Source: Acidimicrobiia bacterium (GTDB lineage Bacteria; Actinomycetota; Acidimicrobiia; Spongiisociales; UBA5794). Taken from it: a DNA stretch of 62,013 nucleotides. Positions 1-9,217 of the stretch are shown one piece after another. The stretch spans positions 1-62,013 of the forward strand of contig JBPCMS010000034.1 of assembly GCA_051002015.1 (NCBI GenBank), written 5' to 3'. Position 1 is the first letter of the stretch. Every line of letters begins with the position of its first letter. A program made the translations under genes and the position numbers. The notes under the pieces were generated by a model. It worked only from the letters and a program-made list of their open reading frames with translations. It was not told the origin of the DNA and made no database searches.

Positions 1-261
1 CCGATCACCTTCGTCGCCAGCACCTTCGTCCCGGTCGACGGGATGCCCCCCATCCTGCGCACCATCGCCACCTGGAACCCGGTGACCACCCTGTCGGATG
101 CGCTCCGGCTCCAGTTCGGCAACCCCACATCGCCGCTGGGACCCGACCCGGCCTGGCCCCAGGCGCACCCATACGCCTACACGATGCTGTGGGTGGTCGG
201 GCTGGTGGTCGTGCTCGCCCCGGTATCGGTACGGGCGTACCAGCGGTCGATCACGGACTGA
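1..261 (+). CDS. ABC-2 type transporter permease, C-terminal fragment (gene starts upstream of window)
   Basis: Frame 1 is open from base 1 to TGA 259-261. The tail PITFVASTFVPVDGMPPILRTIATWNPVTTLSDALR plus a final hydrophobic helix (YTMLWVVGLVVVLAPVSV) is the usual C-terminus of ABC-2/DrrB-like permeases. Confidence 0.6.
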   Translation, partial: PITFVASTFVPVDGMPPILRTIATWNPVTTLSDALRLQFGNPTSPLGPDPAWPQAHPYAYTMLWVVGLVVVLAPVSVRAYQRSITD

Positions 262-495
262 ATCGCCGGGGGTCGGACCAACGTTCGACGAGATGATTGG
301 TGGAGCCGGGAGAGGCAGTCGGCGCGGACCAGCACCGTCACCCATGCCTACACGACGGTTGACACCTACACCACCACCCTCGAGACGGTCGATGTGGTGT
401 CGGGGGCGAGAACCACCTTCCAGCTCACCATCACCGTCACCAACTGACGCTCCGGGCGGTCCCGCTAGTGGTCCGGTGGCGGTAGCGTTTCCCCG

Positions 496-1338
496 GTGAC
501 CCAAGAAGCCACCGGCTCCACCGTCTGCTACCGGCACCCCGATCGGGCTACCCGACTGAGCTGCGCCAACTGCGGGCGCCCCATCTGCGTGGACTGCTCG
601 ATCGACGCCGCCGTCGGCCAGAAATGCCCCGAGTGCGCCCGCCCCGAGGGGAGGAACCGGGTGGTCGACGTCCGGCGACGCTCGGCAGGGCGGAGCCGCT
701 TCGACACCGCGCCGGTGTCGATGACGGTCATCGGCATCTGCGTGGCGCTGTCGGCGATGGCATTCCTGGTGCCATCCGCCGAGAACGAGCTGCTCCGCCG
801 CTTCGCCTCGATCAACCCGTTGATCGCTCAGGGGGACTGGTGGCGGGTGCTCACCGCCGCCTTCCTCCACGGTGGGCTGATGCACCTCTTGTTCAACATG
901 TACGCCCTGTACCTGTTCGGTCCCGAGCTGGAGAGCAAGGTGGGCTCGACGCCGTTCGCCATGCTCTACCTGGCCTCGGCCGCCGGGGGCGGCGCCGCCT
1001 CCTACCTGTTCGGCCCCGACATCCAGATCGCGGTGGGGGCGTCAGGGGCGATCTTCGGGCTGTTCGGGGCCTGGCTGTTCGTGGCCTATCGGATGCGCCA
1101 GTCGGCGAGCGGCCGGTACCTGCTCAATCAGCTGGTGGTGATCCTGGCCATCAACCTCGCCCTCCCGCTGCTGATCCCCAACATCGACTGGCGGGCCCAC
1201 GTCGGCGGTCTGATCACCGGTGTCGGCATCTCGGCGCTGTGGGCGAGCCTTGCCGTCGGCCGTCGCCATGCGGTGCTGCGCCGCACGGTGATCGCCGGCG
1301 CCATGCTGGTCGGACTCATCGCCCTGGTCATCGTGTGA
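496..1338 (+). CDS. Rhomboid family intramembrane serine protease with N-terminal zinc-ribbon
   Basis: 280-aa ORF. The N-terminus has Cys pairs (CYRHP..CANCGRPICVDC..CPEC). It has multiple TM helices, a FLHGGLMHLLFNM (H/N) motif, the catalytic GASGAIFG serine motif and a downstream AHVGG histidine motif. Confidence 0.85.
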   Translation: MTQEATGSTVCYRHPDRATRLSCANCGRPICVDCSIDAAVGQKCPECARPEGRNRVVDVRRRSAGRSRFDTAPVSMTVIGICVALSAMAFLVPSAENELLRRFASINPLIAQGDWWRVLTAAFLHGGLMHLLFNMYALYLFGPELESKVGSTPFAMLYLASAAGGGAASYLFGPDIQIAVGASGAIFGLFGAWLFVAYRMRQSASGRYLLNQLVVILAINLALPLLIPNIDWRAHVGGLITGVGISALWASLAVGRRHAVLRRTVIAGAMLVGLIALVIV

Positions 1339-1350
1339 TGAACCCGGCCG

Positions 1351-2781
1351 GTGTCTGACCGGCGGTACAATCCCCGGGTGGCGGCCTCACCCATATCGTT
1401 GCAGCGGCCCGGTGAGGCCTGCGGTGTCTTCGGCGTTTTCGCACCAGGCGAGGAGACCGCCCGCCTCACCTACTTCGGGTTGTTCGCCCTCCAGCACCGC
1501 GGCCAGGAGAGCGCAGGCATCGCCGTCGCCGACGGAGAGATGGTCACCGTGTTCAAGGATCTGGGGCTGGTCGCCCAGGTGTTCGACGAACCGACCCTGG
1601 CCACCCTCGAGGGTGGGGTCGCCATCGGGCACACCCGCTACTCCACCACCGGGTCCTCGGTGTGGGAGAACTCCCAACCGGCGTACCGCCAGGTGGGCGA
1701 CAACGGGATCGCCCTGGCCCACAACGGGAACCTGACCAACACCGTTGAGCTCGCCACCGAAATCGGCAGGCTGTTCGCCACCTCCGACTCCGACCTGATG
1801 ACCGAGGCCATCGCCACCGCCATGGCCGGAGGGCTCGATCTGGAGACGGCGGTGTACGAGACCGCTCCCCGCTTCGAGGGCGCCTTCAGCCTGGCGATCA
1901 TGGACCGCTCCACCCTGGTGGCGTTGCGTGATCCCCACGGCTTCCGCCCGCTGTGCCTCGGCCGGCTGCGGGACGGCTGGGTGGTCGCATCAGAGACCGC
2001 CGCCCTCGACATCATCGGCGCCGAGCTGGTCCGCCAGATCGAGCCGGGCGAGATGCTGGTCATCGACGCCGAGGGCGTCCGCTCGTCGCGGCCCTTCCCC
2101 GCCGCCGAGCGCCGGCTGTGCCTGTTCGAGTTCGTCTACTTCGCCCGGCCCGACTCGTCGCTGGAGGGACGCAACGTCCACGCCGCTCGCTGGCAGATGG
2201 GGTACCGGCTGGCCGAGCAGGCCCCCGTGGCCGCCGACATCGTCGTCCCCGTCCCCGAGAGCGGGATCCCCGCCGCCCAGGGCTTCGCCGCCCAGAGCCG
2301 CATCCCCTACGCAGACGCCCTGGTCAAGAACCGCTATGTCGGCCGCACCTTCATCCAGCCGACGCAGTCGATGCGCGACCAGGGGATCAGGATGAAGCTC
2401 AACCCCATCCCCGAGGTGCTCGACGGGCGGCGGGTGGTGATGGTCGACGATTCGATCGTGCGCGGCTCCACCACCAGGCAGCTGGTCCAGATGGTGCGCG
2501 CCGCCGGCGCCGTCGAGGTCCATCTGCGCATCTCGTCCCCGCCCTACAAGTGGCCGTGCTTCTACGGGATGGACACCGGAGACCGGGACACGCTGCTCGC
2601 CGCCGACCGCGACGTCGACGAGATCAGCGAATTCCTCGAGGTCGATTCGCTCAGCTACCTGGAGCTGGCCTCGTTGATCGAAGCCACCGGTGTCAACGGC
2701 TTCTGCACGGCGTGTCTGACCGGCGAGTACCCGACCGAGATCCACGACGCAGGCGACAAGTACGTGCTCGAGCGGATCTGA
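1351..2781 (+). CDS. purF: Amidophosphoribosyltransferase
   Basis: Has the Ntn-Cys motif GEACGVFGVF, the PRTase loop VVMVDDSIVRGSTT and C-terminal Fe-S cysteines (CFYG.., CTACLTGEYP). The start is uncertain: GTG 1351, or TTG near 1399 giving a short propeptide. Confidence 0.93.
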   Translation: MSDRRYNPRVAASPISLQRPGEACGVFGVFAPGEETARLTYFGLFALQHRGQESAGIAVADGEMVTVFKDLGLVAQVFDEPTLATLEGGVAIGHTRYSTTGSSVWENSQPAYRQVGDNGIALAHNGNLTNTVELATEIGRLFATSDSDLMTEAIATAMAGGLDLETAVYETAPRFEGAFSLAIMDRSTLVALRDPHGFRPLCLGRLRDGWVVASETAALDIIGAELVRQIEPGEMLVIDAEGVRSSRPFPAAERRLCLFEFVYFARPDSSLEGRNVHAARWQMGYRLAEQAPVAADIVVPVPESGIPAAQGFAAQSRIPYADALVKNRYVGRTFIQPTQSMRDQGIRMKLNPIPEVLDGRRVVMVDDSIVRGSTTRQLVQMVRAAGAVEVHLRISSPPYKWPCFYGMDTGDRDTLLAADRDVDEISEFLEVDSLSYLELASLIEATGVNGFCTACLTGEYPTEIHDAGDKYVLERI

Positions 2782-3797
2782 TGGCCACCTACCGGGAGGC
2801 CGGGGTGGATCTGGCCGCCGCCGACGACGTGGTGCAGCGGATCGGAGACGCCGTCACCGCCACCTGGGGTGACTCCGTCGTCGGCGGTTTCGGCGGGTTC
2901 GCCGCCGGGCTCCGGCTCCCCACCGGGTACCGCAACCCGGTGCTGATGATGGCCACCGACGGGGTGGGCACCAAGGCCGAGGTCGCCCGCATGGCCCGGA
3001 TGCTCGACGGCCTCGGCCACGACCTTGTCGCCATGTGCATCGACGATCTGGCCGCAGCAGGCGCCACGCCGGTCGCCATGACCGACTACATCGCCGTCGG
3101 TTCCCTCGACGTCGACACCGTTGCCACCCTGGTCGGCTCCATCGCAGCCGCCTGCTCCCAGACCGGGGTGGCGCTGCTGGGTGGGGAGACCGCCGAGCAT
3201 CCCGGGATGATGGCGGACGACCGGTTCGACCTGGCGGGCGCTGCCCTCGGGATCGTCGAGGAAGGCGAGCAGATCGACGGCTCGTCGATCACCCCCGGCG
3301 ACGTCGTGGTCGGGATCCACTCGCCCAACCTCCGCTCCAATGGGTTCTCGTTGGTTCGCCGGGCGGTCCTCGACCGCCTCGACATCGACGACCCGATGCC
3401 GGGCTGCGGCGGCACCGTCGCCGAGGCGCTGCTGGCCCCATCGGTGGTCTACGCTCCATCGGTGGTCGAGCTGCTCGGTGTGGTGCGGCCCAGGGGGATG
3501 GCCCACATCACCGGGGGCGGGCTCCCCGGCAACCTCGCCCGGATCCTCCCGGCGGGATGCGGCGCCGCCATCGAGACCGGGTCGTGGACGCCGCCACCGG
3601 TGTTCGCCGCCGTCGCCGCGCTGGGGGGGATCGACCGGGCCGAGATGTTCGCCGTGTTCAACATGGGGATCGGCTTTGCCGTCGTCACCGCTCCGAGCGA
3701 CGCCTCGACCGCCATCGCCTCGCTGGAGAGATCCGGACACGGGGCGAGCGTGATCGGCTCGATCGTCCCCGGCTCCGGCGCCGTCCGTCTCGTTTGA
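2781..3797 (+). CDS. purM: Phosphoribosylformylglycinamidine cyclo-ligase (AIR synthetase)
   Basis: ATG 2781 overlaps the purF stop by 1 nt (TGATG). MATYREAGVDL.., ATDGVGTK and GGETAEHPG motifs are present. The longer ORF-track entry 1953-3797 is an upstream read-through in the same frame. Confidence 0.93.
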   Translation: MATYREAGVDLAAADDVVQRIGDAVTATWGDSVVGGFGGFAAGLRLPTGYRNPVLMMATDGVGTKAEVARMARMLDGLGHDLVAMCIDDLAAAGATPVAMTDYIAVGSLDVDTVATLVGSIAAACSQTGVALLGGETAEHPGMMADDRFDLAGAALGIVEEGEQIDGSSITPGDVVVGIHSPNLRSNGFSLVRRAVLDRLDIDDPMPGCGGTVAEALLAPSVVYAPSVVELLGVVRPRGMAHITGGGLPGNLARILPAGCGAAIETGSWTPPPVFAAVAALGGIDRAEMFAVFNMGIGFAVVTAPSDASTAIASLERSGHGASVIGSIVPGSGAVRLV

Positions 3798-3828
3798 GCG
3801 GGCCTGGCACCATCTATCGTTCGGTCCC

Positions 3829-4887
3829 ATGGACACCGTCGTCACCAGGCTGGCGGTATCGGCCAACGACCACGCCGCCGCCGCCGGGCTGATCGGCGAG
3901 TACGTGGCGTCGCTGCCGTTTGTCCTCGACTTCCAGGACGTCGACACCGAGCTGGCCGACCTCGGCGTCGAGTACGGCGGTCACCGCGGGGCGCTCTTCC
4001 TGGCCGAGCGGTCACCGGGCGAGGCGGTGGGGGTGGTCGGGGTGCGCCGCCTCGACGCTGGCCTGGCCGAGATGAAGCGCATGTACCTGCGGCCTTCCGC
4101 CCGGGGAGCGGGCGTGGGCCGGCGTCTCGCCCTCCACGCCATCGCCGCCGCCCACCGGCTGGGAGCCTCCCGGCTGGTCCTCGACACCGACACCGCCTCG
4201 ATGCCGGAGGCCAACGCCCTGTACGAGTCGCTTGGGTTCATCGACACCGAGCGCTACCGGGAGAACCCGCTGGCCTGCGCCCGGTTCCTGGGCCTCGACC
4301 TCACCGGGCGGACGGCTCCGGTGCTCGGGGTGGTGCTCGCCGGGGGGTCGAGCCAGAGGATGGGGGTCGACAAGCCGGACCTCCAGCTCGGCGGCGCCAC
4401 CATGCTCGATCACGTCCTTGCCGCCCTCGCCGCCGCCGGCGTCGATGGCGTGGCAGTCGCCGGACGACGGGTCGGCGACGTGGACTCGGTGACCGATCCA
4501 CCCGGGGTGGCCGGACCGGCCGCCGGGCTTGTCGCCGCCTTCCGGCGTTGGCCGGGACACGACGTGGTCCTGGTCGCTGCCGACCAGCCCTTCGTCGATC
4601 CCGCCACGCTGCGCCGGCTGCTCGCCATCTCCGGCGATGCCGCGGTCCCGTTCGACGGCCGCCGCCAGGCCACCTGCGCCGTCTACCGCCACACCTGCTA
4701 CCCGGTGCTGGAGCGCCTCATCGCCGCCCAGGCGGATCCGTCGCTGCAGCAGCTCCTCGACCGGGTCGACGCCACCGAGATCGACCAGCCCGCCTGGAGG
4801 GGGTGGGGCGAGGACGGGCGGTCGTGGCGCAGCATCGACACCCCCGCGGACCTGGCGGCGGCCGAGGCGGCCTGGTCGCTGACATGA
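3829..4887 (+). CDS. GNAT acetyltransferase fused to MobA-like molybdenum cofactor nucleotidyltransferase
   Basis: One uninterrupted 352-aa ORF. Residues ~1-150 carry a GNAT acetyl-CoA motif (RPSARGAGVGRRLALHAI..ALYESLGF). Residues ~165-352 carry the MobA/MocA signature VVLAGGSSQRMGVDKPDLQLGG. Confidence 0.75.
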   Translation: MDTVVTRLAVSANDHAAAAGLIGEYVASLPFVLDFQDVDTELADLGVEYGGHRGALFLAERSPGEAVGVVGVRRLDAGLAEMKRMYLRPSARGAGVGRRLALHAIAAAHRLGASRLVLDTDTASMPEANALYESLGFIDTERYRENPLACARFLGLDLTGRTAPVLGVVLAGGSSQRMGVDKPDLQLGGATMLDHVLAALAAAGVDGVAVAGRRVGDVDSVTDPPGVAGPAAGLVAAFRRWPGHDVVLVAADQPFVDPATLRRLLAISGDAAVPFDGRRQATCAVYRHTCYPVLERLIAAQADPSLQQLLDRVDATEIDQPAWRGWGEDGRSWRSIDTPADLAAAEAAWSLT

Positions 4888-5002
4888 CCGGGGACCCGCC
4901 ATCTCCGGGTCGACGAGCGGTGTGCCGGACCCCGTCCCGCCGGCGCTGTCCCATCCCCGGTGAGGATTGCGACCGGATCGCCACCGCTATGGAGGGCGCC
5001 TT

Positions 5003-5806
5003 GTGACCACCGTGGGCAACGAGCGGCGCGGCCACGTCTCCATCGTCTGGTTGGACAATCCCGATCGCCGCAACGCCATGGCGCCTCAGTTCTGGGACGA
5101 GTTCCCTGCCGTGGTCGAGGCGGTGGCCGCCGATGCGGAGACGAGGGTGATCGTGGTCGCCGCCACCGGCCCCGCCTTCACCGTCGGGCTCGACCTCACC
5201 GCCTTCGGGCCGATCCTGGCCGGTGGCGACACCGGGGTGGCGGGCCGCCGGGAGACCTACGCCATGGTCAAGCGGATGCAACACACCTTCTCGACGCTGG
5301 CCGACTGCCTCCAGCCGGTGATCGCCGCCACCCACGGTTGGTGCATCGGGGCCGGGGTTGATCTGATCACCGCATGTGACATCCGCATCGCCGCCGCCGA
5401 TACGGTGTTCTCGGTACGGGAGACCAGGCTGGCGATGGTCGCCGACGTCGGCACTCTGCAGCGGCTGCCCCGGCTGATCGGCCCGGGCCATCTCGCCGAG
5501 CTGGTGTTCACCGGGCGGGACTTCACCGCCGCCGAGGCCGAGGCGATGGGGCTGGTCAACCGGACGCTCCCCGACCGTGACGCCGCCATCGCCTCCGCCC
5601 TCGAGCTGGCCGGGGCCATCGCCGCCAACTCGCCGCTGGCGGTGCAGGGGGCGAAGGCGGTGCTGCGGGCGGGCGAAGCCAGATCGGTCGGGGAGGCGCT
5701 CGACTACGTCGCCCTCTGGAACGCCGCCTTCCTCGGTTCGGATGACCTGGGCGAGGCGATCAGGGCATTCGCCGAGCGCCGTCCACCCGAGTTCGGCGGC
5801 CACTGA
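5003..5806 (+). CDS. Enoyl-CoA hydratase/isomerase (crotonase) family protein
   Basis: Crotonase-fold sequence (VSIVWLDNPDRRNAM, ATHGWCIGAGVDLITACDIRIAA, ETRLAMVADVGTLQRLPR). GTG 5003 is preferred over the ORF-track start 4967 because GGAGGG lies 6 nt upstream. Confidence 0.85.
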   Translation: MTTVGNERRGHVSIVWLDNPDRRNAMAPQFWDEFPAVVEAVAADAETRVIVVAATGPAFTVGLDLTAFGPILAGGDTGVAGRRETYAMVKRMQHTFSTLADCLQPVIAATHGWCIGAGVDLITACDIRIAAADTVFSVRETRLAMVADVGTLQRLPRLIGPGHLAELVFTGRDFTAAEAEAMGLVNRTLPDRDAAIASALELAGAIAANSPLAVQGAKAVLRAGEARSVGEALDYVALWNAAFLGSDDLGEAIRAFAERRPPEFGGH

Positions 5807-5963
5807 CCGACCCCGCGGCCGGGCCGCCGGTGGTTCCGATGTGTCACAATGCCCGCCATGTCGAGGACTCCGCGGGTCACCAGAAGGCACCTGTTCGCTG
5901 CGCCGTAACCGGGCTTCGCCGCCCAGCCCGAACCCGTCCCTCGACGCTACAAGGAGCACATCA

Positions 5964-7235
5964 ATGCCAGAACTCCACCACCGCCACGCCGAGGTCATCG
6001 GCTCCGTCATCGACTTCGACACCACCATCGAGATCGTGGGATCCGAGGGCTCGTGGGTGACCTCCGCCGATGGCAGGCGCCTGCTCGACTTCTCCTCGGG
6101 TATCTCGGTCTCCAACCTCGGCCACCAGCCCCCTGCGGTGAAGCAGGCGATCATCGACCAGCTCGACAAGGTATGGCACTCGGGGATGGTGTTCCGCTAC
6201 GAGAGCATGGTCAACGCCGCCGAGCGGCTGCGGAACGTGACCCCCGACGGGATCGACAAGTTCATCTTCATGAACTCGGGCGCCGAGGCGGTGGAGGCTT
6301 CGGTCAAGCTGGCCCGCAAGGTCAGCGGACGCCAGGGCGTCGTCGTCTTCCGGGGCGGCTTCCACGGCCGGACCATGGGGTCGGTCTCGTACACCACCTC
6401 CAAGGCCAAGTACCGGCAGGGCTATCACCCGCTGGTGGGCTCGGTGTTCGTCACCCCCTTCCCCTGGCCGTTCCGCTGGGGGATGACCCAGGAGCAGGCG
6501 ACCGCCAGGGCCATCGAGGAGCTGCATCTGACGCTCGAGCACCAGATCGCCCCGGTCGAGGTCGCCGCCTTCCTGATCGAGCCGGTGCAAGGCGAGGGCG
6601 GCTACTACCCGGCGGGGGTCGAGTTCCTCACCGAACTGCGCAGGGTCGCCGACGAGCACGGCATCCTGCTGATCGCCGACGAGGTGCAGACCGGGTTCGG
6701 CCGTACCGGTGACTGGTTCGCCACCGCGCTCTACGGGGTTCGCCCCGACGTTGTGGCTCTGGGCAAGGCGATCGCCAACGGGCTCCCGCTGTCTGCGGTC
6801 GGCGCCTCGGAGGAGCTGATGGATGCCTGGCCCCCGGGGGCGCACGGCACCACCTTCGGGGGCAACCCGGTGTGCTGTGCCGCCTCCGTGGCCACCATCG
6901 ACGGTCTGGCCGAGGTCTTGCCCAACGTGGCCAAGCTGTCCGACCACGCCTTCGGCCGGTTCGCCACCATGAAGGACGACCTCGGCGTGATCGGCGACGT
7001 GCGCGGCCTCGGGCTGATGATCGGGGTGGATCTGGTGGGCGAGGACGGCCACAGCCCGGACCCCGGCGCCTTCGAGCATCTCAAGGCGCACTGCCTCGAG
7101 GAGGGCATGTTCCTGCTCAACTGCGGTCCTGACGGCAACGTCATCCGGTTCATCCCGCCGCTCAACGTCTCTCCCGAGGATCTCGACCTCGGGATCGACA
7201 TCATCGAGGCGGGGCTGCGCAGCTACGAGGGCTGA
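5964..7235 (+). CDS. Class-III (omega/GABA-type) PLP aminotransferase
   Basis: ATG 5964 is preceded by AAGGAG. Has SGISVSNLGHQPP, FMNSGAEAVE, LIADEVQTGFGRTG and the PLP-Lys region VVALGKAIANG. The upstream part of ORF 5577-7235 is low-complexity read-through. Confidence 0.9.
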   Translation: MPELHHRHAEVIGSVIDFDTTIEIVGSEGSWVTSADGRRLLDFSSGISVSNLGHQPPAVKQAIIDQLDKVWHSGMVFRYESMVNAAERLRNVTPDGIDKFIFMNSGAEAVEASVKLARKVSGRQGVVVFRGGFHGRTMGSVSYTTSKAKYRQGYHPLVGSVFVTPFPWPFRWGMTQEQATARAIEELHLTLEHQIAPVEVAAFLIEPVQGEGGYYPAGVEFLTELRRVADEHGILLIADEVQTGFGRTGDWFATALYGVRPDVVALGKAIANGLPLSAVGASEELMDAWPPGAHGTTFGGNPVCCAASVATIDGLAEVLPNVAKLSDHAFGRFATMKDDLGVIGDVRGLGLMIGVDLVGEDGHSPDPGAFEHLKAHCLEEGMFLLNCGPDGNVIRFIPPLNVSPEDLDLGIDIIEAGLRSYEG

Positions 7236-8734
7236 CCGCCAAGCAGCGAACGCATCGCCGCACCGGCGGGTGTCCGGTCGGGCCGTCGTCCTCCGGGGAG
7301 GACGACGGCGATCGCCGCCGCAGCCACCACCAGGATCAGCAACCAGTCGCCGTACAAGGTGTACAGGGTGGGGCCACCGATGCGCTGCCGTACCTCGCCG
7401 TAGAGCACCCTCGCCTCGAACAGCCCGGTGGTCTCGCCAACGGCGCCATCGGCGCCGATGAACACCGACTTGCCGGTTATGGCGCTGTGGACGACGTCCT
7501 GGCCGATGGCGGCCGCCCCGACCCGCACCATGTCGATGAGCTGGTCCGAGGCGGCGCCCGAGCCGAAGCTGCTCTCGTTGGTGGCGAGGACCATCACCTG
7601 GGCACCGGCGGCGGCCTGTTGGCGCAGATAGCGGGTGAAGGCCCCCTCGAACGAGATCAGCGACCCGACGATCGCCTGGTCGGTGCTGAACATCACGGGA
7701 CCGTCGCCACGGACCATGTCGCGGGGCACCCTGTCGAGTTGGGGGACGAAGCCGAACACGGACCGCAGCGGGACGAACTCGCCGAAGGGGACCGGATGCC
7801 GCTTCTCGTACTCACCCAGCAGGGAGCCGGTGGGTGCGTAGAAGAAGTTGGCGTTGCGGAACGTCGCCTCATCCACCGTCCTGGTGCCGCTCACCAGGAA
7901 GGCGGCGTGGAGGCGCCTGGCCTCGGTCATGATGGCCACGTTGACGTCGCGATTCTCCACCGGCTCGAACGGGGTTCCCAGCGAGTTCTCCGGCCACACC
8001 ACGAGATCCACCGTTCCCGGCTCGATCGACCGGGTGAGCGCCAGATGCGATTCGAAGATCAGACGGTTCTCGTCGACGCAGTGGGTGCCCGGGCACGGCG
8101 AGTTGCCCTGGACGATCGCCACCCGCATGACGTTGCCGTCCGCAGACGGTGGGAACAACCCGCCCCCCAGCACCAGGAGGAGGACGACCACCAGCGGGTC
8201 GACCAGCAACCGCCAGTGCTCGGTGTCCTCCACCACCAGGACCACTCCGGCGGCGACAGCTACGGCGAGCAGGCCCCAGCCCGAGTCCCCGATCCATTGG
8301 ACCGAGCCGAGGAACCCGGGGCTGCCGGCGGCGGCGAAGCCGAGCGAGCCCCACGGGAAGCCGCTGAACGGGAACCGCGCCCTGACGAACTCCATCAACC
8401 CGAACCCGGCGATGGTGAGGATCCACCATCGTCCGGCGGGGAGGAGGCGGAACGCCCACACCAGCATGGCGTATGCCGCGGTGTAGGCGGCGAGGACGAT
8501 GGTGAGCGGGATCCAGGCGACCACGCCGAGCACCGAGATCCACAACAGCATGGCCCCGAAGAACACGAGCCCGGTGATGGCTCCAACGGCGAGTGCGGAC
8601 CGCACCGACTCCGATTGCCGGCAGGCCCACAGCATCGGCGCCGGGGCCACGAAGGCCAGCCATCCCAGGTCGAGCGGAGGGAAACACGCCCACAGCAGGG
8701 CTCCCGAAAGCACCGCAGCGAGATAGGGGCCCAT
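7223..8734 (-). CDS. lnt: Apolipoprotein N-acyltransferase homologue (CN-hydrolase domain), atypical active site
   Basis: Polytopic N-terminus plus a nitrilase-superfamily domain (VVWPENS Glu, YEKRHPVPFGE Lys). The start is ATG 8732-8734 (MGPYLAAVLSG). The ORF-track extension to 8899 runs into the intergenic repeat array. See the finding on Ser at the expected Cys position. Confidence 0.8.
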   Translation of the reverse strand: MGPYLAAVLSGALLWACFPPLDLGWLAFVAPAPMLWACRQSESVRSALAVGAITGLVFFGAMLLWISVLGVVAWIPLTIVLAAYTAAYAMLVWAFRLLPAGRWWILTIAGFGLMEFVRARFPFSGFPWGSLGFAAAGSPGFLGSVQWIGDSGWGLLAVAVAAGVVLVVEDTEHWRLLVDPLVVVLLLVLGGGLFPPSADGNVMRVAIVQGNSPCPGTHCVDENRLIFESHLALTRSIEPGTVDLVVWPENSLGTPFEPVENRDVNVAIMTEARRLHAAFLVSGTRTVDEATFRNANFFYAPTGSLLGEYEKRHPVPFGEFVPLRSVFGFVPQLDRVPRDMVRGDGPVMFSTDQAIVGSLISFEGAFTRYLRQQAAAGAQVMVLATNESSFGSGAASDQLIDMVRVGAAAIGQDVVHSAITGKSVFIGADGAVGETTGLFEARVLYGEVRQRIGGPTLYTLYGDWLLILVVAAAAIAVVLPGGRRPDRTPAGAAMRSLLGGQPS

Positions 8735-8767
8735 GAGCCGGAAGTTAGCCGGACCCGACCACTCTCC

Positions 8768-9215
8768 CCCTTCCCCGCCCGTTCTTTTTCCCCTCCCATT
8801 GGGAGGGGTGGTGAGGCTTTGCGAGCCGGGGTGGGATACGGAGGGCGCCCCGAGGCGCGACCGAGTTGCCTTTCCCCGCCCGTTCTTTTCCCCTCCCATT
8901 GGGAGGGGTGGCGAGGCTCTGCGAGCCGGGGTGGGACGGACGCCCCGGCGCCGCGTCTGGTTGCCTTTCCCCGCCCGTTCTTTCCCCTCCCATTGGGAGG
9001 GGTGGTGAGGCTCTGCGAGCCGGGGTGGGATACGGACGCCCCGGCGTTTCCGGGATGGCCTTCCCCCGCCCCGTCTGTCCTTGCTCGCCTGCGGCGACTG
9101 GCTCAGCCACCCTCCCCCGTAGGGGGAGAGGAAACAGACTGTCGGCTCGGCTTGCGAGCGTGGGAGACCGACGCGGCGGCTCCGCTACCCGGAGGAACCC
9201 GCGTTAGGTTGGCGG
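8768..9215. repeat. Tandem 95-101 bp intergenic repeat array (3 good units plus 1 degenerate), each unit carrying an 8-bp hairpin
   Basis: Units start at 8768, 8869 and 8964, with a degenerate one at 9059. The shared core is CCTTTCCCCGCCCGTTCTTT(T)CCCCTCCCATTGGGAGGGGTGG(T/C)GAGGCT(T/C)TGCGAGCCGGGGTGGGA. Perfect hairpins CCCCTCCC-ATT-GGGAGGGG lie at 8790-8808, 8890-8908 and 8984-9002. Confidence 0.85.
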
Positions 9216-9217
9216 GA

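Noticed and set aside
262-447. Thr-rich peptide-like frame (..TSTVTHAYTTVDTYTTTLETVDVVSGARTTFQLTITVTN*) continuing in the same frame after the ABC-2 permease stop.
   Set aside because: There is no plausible start codon with an RBS except a GTG giving about 17 aa. Nothing supports stop-codon read-through. It is probably non-coding or a decayed remnant.
8768-9215. CRISPR array interpretation of the tandem repeats here and at 42474-42633.
   Set aside because: The units are 95-101 bp (or ~50 bp) and essentially contiguous. There are no unique spacers of regular length, only 3-4 copies are present, and no cas genes lie in the window.
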